Assembly: GCA_033549025.1 (NCBI GenBank) | Contig: JAWSUS010000002.1 | Location: forward strand, 224,001-288,000 | Source: Desulfuromonadales bacterium | GTDB lineage: Bacteria > Desulfobacterota > Desulfuromonadia > Desulfuromonadales > SZUA-540 | DNA: 64,000 nucleotides | Reading direction: 5' to 3' | Shown here: positions 20,482 to 30,519 of the stretch, one piece after another | How positions within the stretch are numbered: position 1 is the stretch's first letter | Layout: every line of letters starts with the position of its first letter | Made by a program: the position numbers and the translations under genes | Notes under the pieces: model-generated | What the model was told of the DNA's origin: nothing | The model's database searches: none | The model's input: the letters and a program-made list of their open reading frames with translations, nothing else

Positions 20482-22110
20482 TCACTCCCTGTCCAGTTCC
20501 GCCAGGGCCTCATCGAGCAGGCCGTCGTCCTCAAGTCGCTGCCTGGCCCGGTCGTAGGCCTCCACAATAGCGGAAACTTTCTGCAAGGTCTGCTCCGGCG
20601 TACTGAAGGCCTCGGCCGTGTAGGCATTCTGGCAGAGGAAGTCCCGCCGGAGGCGTTCGGCAACGCGGATGAGCAGACGGTCGGCATCCTGGAGCCCCTC
20701 CAGGCCGACGATCTCGGCCACCTCGCGAACCCCCTGTTCCCGCAGCAGCAGATCGCGGCAGCGGCGCACCAGCTCCGGCCAGCGCGGCGACACCGTCTCG
20801 GCAAAATGCTCCATCAGTCCCGAGGCATAGAGGGAATAGCTCTGCCCCCAGTGAACAGCGGGGAAATGCCGGCTGTGAGCCAGGGCGGTATCGAGCATAT
20901 AGAAGGCGCCCGCCGCCCGCAGGCAGGCCTGGGTGACCGGTTCGGTAAAGTCGCCCCCCGGCGGCGATACCGCCAGCACCATGCTCAGAGAACCCAGGGC
21001 CCCGGAAGCCGTTTCCACCAGCCCGGCCCTTTCAAAAAACCCGGCCAGCCGCGAATTCAGATAGGTCGGATACCCTTCCTCGCCCGGCATCTCCTCAAGG
21101 GAGGAGGAGATTTCCCGCAGCGCCTCCGCCCAGCGCGACACGCTGTCGGCCAGCAACAGCACATGCAGCCCCATGTCCCGGTAATATTCGGCCACGGTCA
21201 CGGCCGTGTAGAGGGAGGCCTCCCGGGCGGCCACCGGCATATTGGAGGTGTTGGCGACAATCAGGGTGCGATCCATCAAGGCGCCCCCGGTCCAGGGATC
21301 TTTCAGGGCGACAATCTCGTCCAGAAGCTCCGCCATCTCGTTCCCCCGCTCCCCGCAGCCGACATAAATGACGACATCGACATCGGCATATTTGGCCAGG
21401 GATTGCTCCAGCACGGTCTTCCCCGTGCCGAACCCGCCGGGAAAGATCGCCGTCCCCCCCCGCACCAGGGGGAACAGAAAGTCGAGACAGCGCTGACCGG
21501 TCATCAGGGGTTGCCCGGGGGCGAGCTTGCGTCCGTAGGGGCGCGGCTTGCGGGCCGGCCATTCCTGCCAGCCGCGCAGCACCGTGCCGTCCTCCAGTTG
21601 CCCGAGGGGCTCCTGCAGGGGCCATTCGCCACGGCGCAACGAAGCGATTCGGCCGGCCGCCGGGGCAAAGAGGAGGTGGCGGAAGGGCCCTTCCGCCACG
21701 GCGGCGAAAGGCTCTCCCGCTGTCACCGTCTCGCCGATCTTCTTGAGAGGCTCACATGGCCAGAGACGATCACAATCGAGAGGAAAGGGGTCATGGCCGC
21801 TGTGGATAAAGGGGCCCGTGGCCTCCCGCAGGGCTTCGAGGGGTCTCTGCAGGCCATCGAAAAGCTTCCCCAGCAGACCCGGTCCAAGCTTGACCGTCAA
21901 GGGGAGTCCCAGCCCCTCGACCGGCTCACCGACGGCCAGTCCCAGCGTGTTTTCATAAACTTGAACCACCGCCTTCTGCCGCTCGAGCAGCACCACCTCG
22001 CCGCAGAGGCGGTTCCGCCCCACCACCACCCGGTCGTAGAGGCGCAGCCCCTCGCAGTCGACGCTGACTGTGGGGCCGGATATGCCGATAATCCGTCCTG
22101 CCCTCTTCAT
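20482..22110 (-). CDS. ntpA: V/A-type ATP synthase subunit A
   Basis: PGGFGTGKT Walker A, GCGERGNE, EMPGEEGYPTYL, SPPGGDFTEPVTQ; true start is MKRAG at 22110. Confidence 0.95.
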   Translation of the reverse strand: MKRAGRIIGISGPTVSVDCEGLRLYDRVVVGRNRLCGEVVLLERQKAVVQVYENTLGLAVGEPVEGLGLPLTVKLGPGLLGKLFDGLQRPLEALREATGPFIHSGHDPFPLDCDRLWPCEPLKKIGETVTAGEPFAAVAEGPFRHLLFAPAAGRIASLRRGEWPLQEPLGQLEDGTVLRGWQEWPARKPRPYGRKLAPGQPLMTGQRCLDFLFPLVRGGTAIFPGGFGTGKTVLEQSLAKYADVDVVIYVGCGERGNEMAELLDEIVALKDPWTGGALMDRTLIVANTSNMPVAAREASLYTAVTVAEYYRDMGLHVLLLADSVSRWAEALREISSSLEEMPGEEGYPTYLNSRLAGFFERAGLVETASGALGSLSMVLAVSPPGGDFTEPVTQACLRAAGAFYMLDTALAHSRHFPAVHWGQSYSLYASGLMEHFAETVSPRWPELVRRCRDLLLREQGVREVAEIVGLEGLQDADRLLIRVAERLRRDFLCQNAYTAEAFSTPEQTLQKVSAIVEAYDRARQRLEDDGLLDEALAELDRE

Positions 22111-22421
22111 GGCGTGACCCTCACCTGGTAACCGAGCACCCGGGCCAGAAGCCGCTGCAGATAGTTCTCCGCCTCGGCCTGCTGCGGCGCCGGCAAAATG
22201 AGCAGCACCCCGAACCAACGGCTCTCCAGCTCCCGCAGCCGTTCCGGTTCGATCTCGCTGAGAAGGCGCTCGTCGATCATCACCACCCCGGCATCCGGCT
22301 CGGAAAGCGCCTCGCGCAGCAACTCCTCCGCCTCTGTCGGCGCCGCCAGCCGCTGCTCCACCCCGGCCAGGGCAAAGCCGTAACGCGCATCCTGCGGGGT
22401 AAGAACCACCACCTTTTTCAC
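22107..22421 (-). CDS. ntpF: V/A-type ATP synthase subunit F
   Basis: GTG start, GFALAGV motif, about 104 aa, overlaps neighbours. Confidence 0.85.
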   Translation of the reverse strand: MKKVVVLTPQDARYGFALAGVEQRLAAPTEAEELLREALSEPDAGVVMIDERLLSEIEPERLRELESRWFGVLLILPAPQQAEAENYLQRLLARVLGYQVRVTP

Positions 22422-23311
22422 GCCACCATCTCCTCTCGGCCGGCCTCTCCGGCACTCGCCAGAAGGCTCAAATTGCGGGCCCGCAGGCGGCAGCGCTCCA
22501 GATAATCCAGCACCACCCCGGCCTGCAGCGGATCCCTTCCCCAGCGCCGCAGCCGCCTCAGCAGACCCCGCTCCAGCACAACCGACAGGGTCCTCCAGTC
22601 CTCCGGCGCCGCCTCCCCCGCCCAAGCGGCCGCGCAACGCAGCGTCATGGTGAGATCCTTTTGTCGCCACAGGGCCTCCAGCTCCGTCCTGACCAGCTCG
22701 CCGCCGGGGAGCAATACCGGGGCCTCGAGCCCCCAGCGCTGATGCTTGGCGAGGCGAAGCAGGTTCCGGCGATCCATAAGGGCCTTGAAATAATCACCGA
22801 CGACCCCCCGCAGCCGCCCACGACAGGGAGCGACCAGAAAGCGGTCCATCAACTCCTCTTCGAAGCGCCGCCCCCCTTCCCGGCGATAGATCGCCTCCAG
22901 CCCCCCGAGGGCCGGCGACTCCTCAGAAAGAGCGGCGGTCACCGCGGTGGCGGCCTCCACACCGTCGCGGCACTCGGACACGGTCCTTTGCCATCGCCCT
23001 GAGACCAGGCTGTCGGGAAACAGCGCCTCTTGTGTTAGCCCTTCTCCCTGACGAATAAAGCGAATCGCCCGGACCAGGCCGGGAAGTTCCCAGTAGGTCA
23101 GCAGCGGGGTAAAATCCTGCCGCCAGCGCGCATCCATCTGCCGGAAGACCCAGGCACATTCCCGGCGAAAGGCTCTCCAGGGTGCCTCCGCCGAGGCCGG
23201 TTCCACCGGGGTTCGCCGGTCGCCCAAAAGCTCCCGACGGCGGGCGCGAAGCCGCGACAGCAGATAGTCCCGCGGATAACCCCCGCCTTCAGGGCTCTGC
23301 AGTAGAGGCAT
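22418..23311 (-). CDS. ntpC: V/A-type ATP synthase subunit C (divergent)
   Basis: YLLSRLRARRRELL N-terminus, DRRNL, ARNL; position between E and F. Confidence 0.7.
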   Translation of the reverse strand: MPLLQSPEGGGYPRDYLLSRLRARRRELLGDRRTPVEPASAEAPWRAFRRECAWVFRQMDARWRQDFTPLLTYWELPGLVRAIRFIRQGEGLTQEALFPDSLVSGRWQRTVSECRDGVEAATAVTAALSEESPALGGLEAIYRREGGRRFEEELMDRFLVAPCRGRLRGVVGDYFKALMDRRNLLRLAKHQRWGLEAPVLLPGGELVRTELEALWRQKDLTMTLRCAAAWAGEAAPEDWRTLSVVLERGLLRRLRRWGRDPLQAGVVLDYLERCRLRARNLSLLASAGEAGREEMVA

Positions 23312-23876
23312 CGCCTTCCACCTCCTTGATGATCGCGGCCGTCAAGACCGGTAGAAGATCCGGCCAGGCTCTGGCCAGCCGGACGGACAGGGTGTTGGCC
23401 ACCTGAAACTGCCCGCCTGCCGCCCAGGCTTCCAGGCCGCCGGCCATGGCTTCGTCGACGGCGATGGCCGCCTGCGGGAACAGCCGCTGCGCCCCTTCCC
23501 GCTCCGCCGGCGCGACCCGCACCCGTTCCCAGGCGATGGGGGGAAGCTCCGCGGCCAGCCGTTCCAGAAGCGCCCCTTCGCTCTGGGCCAGTTCCGGCAG
23601 AAGCTCCCTCGCCAGCACCAGGAGCCGGTCGGCCAAATCCGCCAGTGCCTCCTCCCGCAGGCGTCCCGCCTCCTGCCGAGCCTGGGCCAGGATGTCTTCC
23701 CGTCGGGCCGCATGGCGAGAGGCCAGGGTTCGCGCCTGCTCTTGCCGCAAGGACTCCTCCTGACCTCGCGCCTCGTCGCGCCGCCGGTCGGCCTCCCGGC
23801 GGGCCTCCTCCCAGAGAGCCTCTTCCCGCCGCCTCGCCTCAGCCCGCAGGCTGCTCATCAGCTCTTCATGGCCCAT
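23289..23876 (-). CDS. ntpE: V/A-type ATP synthase subunit E
   Basis: N-terminal coiled coil, AGGL...VANTLSVRL C-terminal motif. Confidence 0.8.
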   Translation of the reverse strand: MGHEELMSSLRAEARRREEALWEEARREADRRRDEARGQEESLRQEQARTLASRHAARREDILAQARQEAGRLREEALADLADRLLVLARELLPELAQSEGALLERLAAELPPIAWERVRVAPAEREGAQRLFPQAAIAVDEAMAGGLEAWAAGGQFQVANTLSVRLARAWPDLLPVLTAAIIKEVEGDASTAEP

Positions 23877-23879
23877 GGG

Positions 23880-24095
23880 CTAGATCATCATGATGATCAT
23901 GGCCGCCACCACGAAGCCGAGGATGACCATGGTCTCGGGAATGGCCACCAGGATGATGACCGTGGCGGTCAATTCCGGCTTCTCCGCCAACGAGCCGGCT
24001 CCGGCGGCGCCAATGCGCGACTGGGCCCAGGCCGTGGCCAGAGCCGGCAGCCCGATAGCGAGCGCGGCGGCAAATGCGAGCCAAACCTTTTCCAT
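23880..24095 (-). CDS. ntpK: V/A-type ATP synthase proteolipid subunit K/c (single hairpin)
   Basis: 71 aa, 2 TM helices, AQSRIGAAGAG...EKPE...AIPET. Confidence 0.92.
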   Translation of the reverse strand: MEKVWLAFAAALAIGLPALATAWAQSRIGAAGAGSLAEKPELTATVIILVAIPETMVILGFVVAAMIIMMI

Positions 24096-24110
24096 AACCT
24101 TCTCCCTTCC

Positions 24111-26000
24111 TTAAGGCTCCCGCTTCTTTCGCAGAGGGGCAAAGGGGCGCCCCCCACCCTCGATAAACTTGCTGAAAAATTCGACATAATGCAGGCGCAG
24201 ACCATGGATGGTCGGCGCGAACACCCCCAGCAGCAGGTTGAAGGCGTGCAGCAGCACAGCCACCAGCGTACCGACCAGGATGTCGCCGCTCATGCCGCCC
24301 AGGCGGTTGGCCACATGGGCCAGCAGCACACTGGATAAGCCGATGGCCATGATGCGCACGTAGGAGATGATGTTGCCGATGCTCTTCAACAGCTCCAGGG
24401 GCGCCAGCAGCCCCCCCGCCAGAAAGAGCAGGGGGATGAGCACGGCCACCGTCACCAGCAGCGGGCGCAGTTCGAGTTCCGTCGAAGTCAACAGCATGGC
24501 GGCCGCCAGCCCCGCCACGCCGACCATGACCCCCGCTGTGAGCAGCTTGAAAAGCGCCTGCCGGGAATGTCGCTGGCGAAAGGCACCCACCGCCCCGAAC
24601 AGCAGGCCCAGGACCACATGCACCAGACCCACGGACAGGGCAAACCAGATGGTCGGCACGATGGCCCTGGCGCGATCGAAGAGAAGGGGCTCCAGGCCCA
24701 GAACCTGCCCGCCCAGCTCGCCCAAGAATTCGCCGTAGAGAAAGCCGAAAAGGATGGTGTAAGCCGCACAGACCCCCAGGATGCGCGCCCCGTCCCGCAC
24801 CAGCGGCCGGTTTTTGACCCGCCACAGCAGCACCAGGGCCAGGAGCAGCAGGACAAGGCCATAGACGACATCCCCCAGGATCATGCCGAAGATCAGCGGG
24901 AAAAAGATGGCCATAAAGGGGGTGGGATCAAAGGAGGCGTAGGCGGGCAGCGGCAAAAGTCGGGAGAAAATCTCGAAGGGAGCAAAATACCGGGGATTTC
25001 GCAACAGGACGGGCACCCGCTCCAGGTCCTCGGCCAGCAAAGCCAGCTCTTCCAGGACCACCTCCCCCTCGAATTCTGCCTGAAGGCGGGCCCGCAGGCT
25101 GTCGACCTGGCGAGCCGGCATCCAGCCGAGCAGCACAAAGCACAGATCCGTCTCATGGACCTGGCTGGTCGCCTGCAGAACGGCCAGACGTTCCTCGACG
25201 AGCTCCAGGCTGCTGGCGTAGATCGGCTTCCACTGCCGCGCGAACTGTTCCAGCGCCGCCTCATACGCATGCTGCCGGGTCGCCAGCTCCTCGAGCCGGT
25301 CGCCCAGAGAGGCTATTTTTCGGGCCAGGGGCAGGCCCGACAGCTCGGCCGGAAAGCTCAGCTCCGCCATCTTGGCCCGTTCAAGGGCCTCACGCAGACG
25401 CGGGGCCTCTTCCGCCTCCGCCACCAGCAGCGCGACCTGGGTACCGTCCTCGGCCACCGCCGTCAGCATATCGAACCTGCTGCCGACCGCCTGGCTCACC
25501 GCCTCCCGCAGAACGTCGAGCAGTTCTGGCCGTCGAACCGTTACTCCAATCAATTCGACCTTGCCGGCGGCATCGACTCCTTCCACCAAAGAGCGCAGAG
25601 CCGGCAGCAGAACGACAAAGCGCCGCAGCTCATCCCGGCTTGTCCGACACTCCTCGAGAAGATTCTGCAGACTGCGGCAACGCTCCATGTGGCGGGGGAG
25701 CAGTTGAGCCAGAAGGGGGAGGAACTTGGCGGGGTCGAAATAGGTCAGTCGAAGGGGGAGGGGGGGCAGCAGGGCAAAGAGATCGTGGACCTTGCGGCTG
25801 AAGTCCTCGTAGAAGAGCTTGGCGGACAGCTCGTTTTCATCCAGAAGCAGCGCCCGGACCCGCCTGGCGTCGTCCTCGGGGACGAGCCCGTGGATGTCGG
25901 TCTCCAGCTGGACGATACCCTCGCGCCGGATCAGCGCCAAAACGTCCAGAAGGCGTCCTTTGGGACCGGCAATTTCAACCTTGGACATCCCGATGATCAT
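24111..26000 (-). CDS. ntpI: V/A-type ATP synthase subunit I
   Basis: DPTP...FGMILGD, SYVRIMAIGL, HGLRLHYVEFFSKF. Confidence 0.93.
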   Translation of the reverse strand: MIIGMSKVEIAGPKGRLLDVLALIRREGIVQLETDIHGLVPEDDARRVRALLLDENELSAKLFYEDFSRKVHDLFALLPPLPLRLTYFDPAKFLPLLAQLLPRHMERCRSLQNLLEECRTSRDELRRFVVLLPALRSLVEGVDAAGKVELIGVTVRRPELLDVLREAVSQAVGSRFDMLTAVAEDGTQVALLVAEAEEAPRLREALERAKMAELSFPAELSGLPLARKIASLGDRLEELATRQHAYEAALEQFARQWKPIYASSLELVEERLAVLQATSQVHETDLCFVLLGWMPARQVDSLRARLQAEFEGEVVLEELALLAEDLERVPVLLRNPRYFAPFEIFSRLLPLPAYASFDPTPFMAIFFPLIFGMILGDVVYGLVLLLLALVLLWRVKNRPLVRDGARILGVCAAYTILFGFLYGEFLGELGGQVLGLEPLLFDRARAIVPTIWFALSVGLVHVVLGLLFGAVGAFRQRHSRQALFKLLTAGVMVGVAGLAAAMLLTSTELELRPLLVTVAVLIPLLFLAGGLLAPLELLKSIGNIISYVRIMAIGLSSVLLAHVANRLGGMSGDILVGTLVAVLLHAFNLLLGVFAPTIHGLRLHYVEFFSKFIEGGGRPFAPLRKKREP

Positions 26001-26319
26001 GCGCTTCCCCTGGCAGGATAAGGGCAAGGTGCTCGCGCAGCAACTGGTTCAGCCGGTCATCTTCCAGACTGGCCAGTCGCCGCGCAAAATCCTCCGCCTG
26101 TTCCCGCCTCTTCATGGCCGCGGCATGGGCCTCGGCCGCCGCTCTATCTTCCGCCTGCTGCGCCTCCTCCTGCAGGCGCGCTTCCAGATCGCGGGCCGCG
26201 GCGGCGAGTTCGTGCCGTACATCCGCCAGCCAGCGATCGACCTCAGCCGCCACCTCCTGGCGCCGGGCCTCCAGCTCCTTCTCCAGAGCGACAATATCCT
26301 GCAGCAAGGGGTCAGCCAC
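25975..26319 (-). CDS. Probable V/A-type ATPase subunit G/H (coiled coil)
   Basis: 114-aa charged helix, first gene of the operon, AGGA RBS. Confidence 0.6.
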   Translation of the reverse strand: MADPLLQDIVALEKELEARRQEVAAEVDRWLADVRHELAAAARDLEARLQEEAQQAEDRAAAEAHAAAMKRREQAEDFARRLASLEDDRLNQLLREHLALILPGEAHDHRDVQG

Positions 26320-26461
26320 GCAATCCTCCTGGCCCGCCGGCAGTGCCTGTCGTCACGGCCATGACGGGCTTTTCAGCTGAGGTGGGCATCCGTGAGGAAA
26401 GTATACCAGACTGTCCCCCGAATTCTGCAGAAAGGTCAAAGACTTAAAGGGCAGGGCGCCA

Positions 26462-27244
26462 TCAGCGCCGCGACGTCAGCGCCATGAAGATCAGCAGATA
26501 GAGGGTCGCGGCCAGAAAGGAGGACAGGGTGCCCCAGGCCACGCCGAAAGAGGGATAGGTGAAAGATACGGACAGGGCGTAGGTGATAAGAGCGCCCAGA
26601 CCGAAGGGATAATTCTTGATGATGGTGTGAACCGGTTCTTTGCCGTAGGTGAGATGAATGATGAGCAGAAAGGGGAAAAGGGTGATGGGAAAGGCCGAGA
26701 GGATGCCGGCGGCATCGGGGCCGATGAGGCGGGCCAGGCCGGTGATCAGCAGCACGATGGAGGCGGCCGCCAACCCGCGCAGCAGCAGCACCCAGCGGGT
26801 AAAGCGCACCGCCGTGGTCACGCGCACGTTCTTCAGGCGCCGGAAGCGCCAGGCGTAAAAAGCCGTCACCGTCAGGGTGAAAAGCAGGCCCGACCCGAGG
26901 GAAAAATTGAAACGGTGCAGCAGCGCCGCCGCCAGCAGAAAGGCGGCCACGGCGGCGACCGCCGAAAAGAGCCGGGCATAACGGCTGAATGACGCCGATA
27001 CGACATAGTAGACATGCACCAGCACGAGGGAGGCACTGAGCCCCGCCACCGTATAGACGGCTCCCTGCGCCGCGAAGTCGCGGCCGTTTTCCAGCCCGAT
27101 AAAAAAGAGGGCGATGGCGGTGCCGAGGGGATAGCCGGAGAGTATCCCCGCCACCCGCGGACTGACCCGCTCGGCCACCAGAGACAGGCCGACCACGGCG
27201 AGGATGGAAACCAGGATTTTGGCAAAAATGAGCAGGGTGGTCAA
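26462..27244 (-). CDS. Hypothetical integral membrane protein (two internal repeats)
   Basis: About 8 TM helices; AGILSGYP and AGILSAFP repeated motif; GGAGG RBS with TTG start. Confidence 0.75.
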   Translation of the reverse strand: MTTLLIFAKILVSILAVVGLSLVAERVSPRVAGILSGYPLGTAIALFFIGLENGRDFAAQGAVYTVAGLSASLVLVHVYYVVSASFSRYARLFSAVAAVAAFLLAAALLHRFNFSLGSGLLFTLTVTAFYAWRFRRLKNVRVTTAVRFTRWVLLLRGLAAASIVLLITGLARLIGPDAAGILSAFPITLFPFLLIIHLTYGKEPVHTIIKNYPFGLGALITYALSVSFTYPSFGVAWGTLSSFLAATLYLLIFMALTSRR

Positions 27245-27440
27245 AGTGGCCTCCGGGTGTCGGCCTGACAGGCTCGTTACAGCGAGGCTGCTTATGGCAA
27301 AGCGCCCAAGGGTCTCATGGACGCCGTGTCACTCTAGCAGATTGGCCTCTCTCTGCCTAGCCGCTGCCGCTGACGGGGGAGGCGCTTCCCTTTTCGCGCC
27401 CCTTTGCCTATAATGCCCCCTTCCCCAAAGGACATCCTCC

Positions 27441-29993
27441 ATGAAACGCACTTTTTCCCCTGAAGTCCGCCTGCTGCTGCGGCAGGCCATTGACGATGCG
27501 CGCGGCAACGAGGTCTTCTTCCTCGGCCGCACCGATGCCGAGCGCCTGGTCGTCAGTGTCGAGGTGCTGGCCCGCGGCAACGCCGAGGCCGTTCCCGCCA
27601 TTCTGCAGGAGTGCGCCTACGGCGACGTGGTCATCCACAACCACCCCTCCGGGCACCTGCAGCCCTCGGCGGCGGATCTGGAAATCGCCTCACGGCTCGG
27701 CTCGCTGGGGGTCGGCTTCCACATTGTGGATAACCCTGTGGACAATGTGTACAAGGTGGTGGAAGCCTTCGCCTCGAAGGACGTGCAGCCCGTCGAGCCC
27801 CAGCGCGTGGACGACCTGCTTGGGCCCGAAGGGATCATCGCCCGCACCCTGCCGGGCTACGAAGACCGCCCAGAACAGCTGCGCATGGCCTTTGCCGTCG
27901 CCGAGGCCTTCAACAAGGGGCGCCTGACGGTCATCGAAGCGGGGACCGGCACCGGCAAAAGCCTCGCCTACCTGACCCCGGCCATCCTCTGGGCCCTGGG
28001 CAACGAAGAACGGGTGGTGATCAGCACCAACACCATCAACCTGCAGGAACAGCTCATCCGCAAGGATATCCCTTTTCTGCAGCGGGTCAGCAACCTGGAA
28101 TTCCGCGCCGTGCTGGTGAAAGGGCGCGCCAACTATCTCTGTCTGCGCCGCAGCGAAAATATCCGGCAGGAGCCGGGGCTCTTCGACGACGAGCTGGCCG
28201 GCGAGCTCACCAGTATTCTCGAATGGGCCGGGCGCACCAGCGACGGCTCCAAGGAGGAGCTCCCCTTCATCCCCCGGGAACAGGTGTGGGAGGAGGTGCG
28301 CTGCGAAATCGACCAGTGCTCGCGGGTGCGCTGCGCCCACTACAACCGCTGTTTTTTCCACAAGGCCCGCCGCCAGGCGGCCCAGGCCGACCTGCTGGTG
28401 GTCAATCACGCCCTGCTGCTCTCCGATCTGGCCCTGCGCCAGCAGACGGACAACTACACCGCCGCCGCCGTGCTGCCCCCTTTCGACCGCATCATTCTCG
28501 ACGAGGCCCACCACCTGGAGGATGTCGCCACCCACTTCTTTGCCAGCCAGGTCACCCGTTTTTCCTTCGCCCGCGTGCTCAACAAGCTGCGCCATCCGCG
28601 CAAGCCGGAGAAGGGCCTGCTCCCCCGCTTCCTCAACACCCTGGCCGCCAAGCTGCCCGACAGCCTGGACGAGCTCTACCGGGCCCTGCACGGCCGCGTC
28701 GAAAACCTCCTCGTCGACCGCCAGACCCTCTTTGACCGCTCGGTGCAGGATCTGGAGGGGATCGGCCAGGATCTCGCCGCCGCTCTCGGCCGCCCTATCC
28801 GCGAACGGGAGGAAATCAAGCAGCGGGTGGTGGCCGACTTCGCCGCCGGCGAGGTCTGGCAAACCCTCTGCGACAGGGTGCGCGCCCTGGCCAAGGAGAC
28901 GGATCGGCTCGGCCAGGGTCTGCGCGCCCTGCTCAAGGACTGCGGCCGCCTGCCCGACGACGTGCATGAGCACCTCGGCTCCAGTCTCACCGACCTGCGC
29001 GGCATCGCCGGCCGCCTGGAAAGCATCGCCGACGACCTGCGCTTCTTTGCCGCCGCCGAAGAGGGCACCTGCGCCTGGTTCGAGATCGTCGAAGGACGCA
29101 TCGGCCGGGGCACCGGTGTCGTCACCCGCCTCTGTACGGCTCCTCTGGAGGTCGCCGGCAACCTCAAGGCCGCCGTCTACGACCGCTTCCGCTCGGTGGT
29201 CATGACCAGCGCCACCCTCTCCGTCGGCGGTCAGTTCAGCTACTTCAAGCACCGGGTCGGCCTCGACCGCGCCGAACCGGCGCGCCTGGCCGAACTGCTG
29301 CTGGCCAGCCCCTTCAATTTCACCCAGCAGGCCCTGGTCGCCATCCCCACCGACATTCCCGAACCGGGACGCCCCGACTACCCGGCCAGCGTACGCGACC
29401 TGGCCGAACGGGCCATCCTCACCGCCGACGGCCGCACCTTCGTCCTCTTCACCGCCTACTCGCTGCTGCGCCAGGTCTACGGCGAAGTCGCCCCGGTGCT
29501 CAGCGCCCGCGGCTATCACTGCCTGCGCCAGGGCGAGGAGAACCGCCATCGCCTGCTGAAAAAATTCGCCGGCGACCCCACCAGCGTCCTTTTCGCCACC
29601 GACTCCTTCTGGGAGGGGGTCGACGTGCCAGGGCGAGCCCTCGAGCAGGTCATCATCACCCGGCTCCCCTTCAAGGTGCCCACCGAACCGGTGCTGGAGG
29701 CCCGGGCCGAGGCCATCGAGCTGGCCGGTGGCGATCCCTTCATGGAATACACGGTGCCGCAGGCCGTCATCAAGTTCAAGCAGGGCTTCGGCCGTCTCAT
29801 CCGCCATCGCGACGACCGCGGCGTCGTACTCATTCTCGACGCCCGCGTGGTCAAAAAGGGCTACGGCCGCATCTTTCTGCGTTCCCTGCCCGAGGCGCGG
29901 GTGGTCGCCGCCCCCACGGCGGAGGTCTTTGCCGCCATGACCGACTTCTTTGCAGCGAGCGAACCTGAACCCACGGCAGAGGACAAACCATGA
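27441..29993 (+). CDS. DinG-family ATP-dependent helicase with N-terminal RadC/JAB-like domain
   Basis: HNHPSG..PS..D; EAGTGTGKS, KGRANYLC, Fe-S Cys, DEAH, TSATL, FWEGVDVPG, QGFGRLIR. Confidence 0.92.
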   Translation: MKRTFSPEVRLLLRQAIDDARGNEVFFLGRTDAERLVVSVEVLARGNAEAVPAILQECAYGDVVIHNHPSGHLQPSAADLEIASRLGSLGVGFHIVDNPVDNVYKVVEAFASKDVQPVEPQRVDDLLGPEGIIARTLPGYEDRPEQLRMAFAVAEAFNKGRLTVIEAGTGTGKSLAYLTPAILWALGNEERVVISTNTINLQEQLIRKDIPFLQRVSNLEFRAVLVKGRANYLCLRRSENIRQEPGLFDDELAGELTSILEWAGRTSDGSKEELPFIPREQVWEEVRCEIDQCSRVRCAHYNRCFFHKARRQAAQADLLVVNHALLLSDLALRQQTDNYTAAAVLPPFDRIILDEAHHLEDVATHFFASQVTRFSFARVLNKLRHPRKPEKGLLPRFLNTLAAKLPDSLDELYRALHGRVENLLVDRQTLFDRSVQDLEGIGQDLAAALGRPIREREEIKQRVVADFAAGEVWQTLCDRVRALAKETDRLGQGLRALLKDCGRLPDDVHEHLGSSLTDLRGIAGRLESIADDLRFFAAAEEGTCAWFEIVEGRIGRGTGVVTRLCTAPLEVAGNLKAAVYDRFRSVVMTSATLSVGGQFSYFKHRVGLDRAEPARLAELLLASPFNFTQQALVAIPTDIPEPGRPDYPASVRDLAERAILTADGRTFVLFTAYSLLRQVYGEVAPVLSARGYHCLRQGEENRHRLLKKFAGDPTSVLFATDSFWEGVDVPGRALEQVIITRLPFKVPTEPVLEARAEAIELAGGDPFMEYTVPQAVIKFKQGFGRLIRHRDDRGVVLILDARVVKKGYGRIFLRSLPEARVVAAPTAEVFAAMTDFFAASEPEPTAEDKP

Positions 29994-30433
29994 ACGAACG
30001 GTCTTGGCCGATCCGTCAGGTCGTCACCGCTTTTCTACGGCACGAAGGCAAGATCCTGCTGCTGAAGCGCAGCGACCGGGTCCGCACCTACCGGGGCCGC
30101 TGGGCGGCGGTCAGCGGCTCTCTCGAGGCGCCGACTCCGCTGGCGCAGGCGCTACGGGAGATTCGGGAGGAGACGGGCCTGGGTGAAGCCGACCTCTGCC
30201 TGGTCGCCGCCGCCCCGTGCCAGGAGGTGGTCGATGCGAACCTGGCGACGCGATGGCTCATTCATCCTTTTCTCTTTGAGGTGAACGGCTCGCCCGGCAT
30301 CCGTCTGGATTGGGAGCATGAGGAAAGCCGCTGGGTCGAAGCGGCGGAGCTGGCCCATTACCGGACCGTGCCTGCCCTGGCCCAGGTTCTCGCCGCCTGC
30401 CTGCAGACGGAAGCCGATAGCCGGGGCGACTGA
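29990..30433 (+). CDS. NUDIX hydrolase
   Basis: SGSLE...ALREIREETGL Nudix box, LDWEH. Confidence 0.88.
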   Translation: MNERSWPIRQVVTAFLRHEGKILLLKRSDRVRTYRGRWAAVSGSLEAPTPLAQALREIREETGLGEADLCLVAAAPCQEVVDANLATRWLIHPFLFEVNGSPGIRLDWEHEESRWVEAAELAHYRTVPALAQVLAACLQTEADSRGD

Positions 30434-30519
30434 ATTCTTTTCTTTCACGTTGGGCAAGTCCTGCTATAATCCAGAAAGTTGTGCATACTGTCACCCTGAA
30501 GTGAGGAAGGAGGCCCGCC

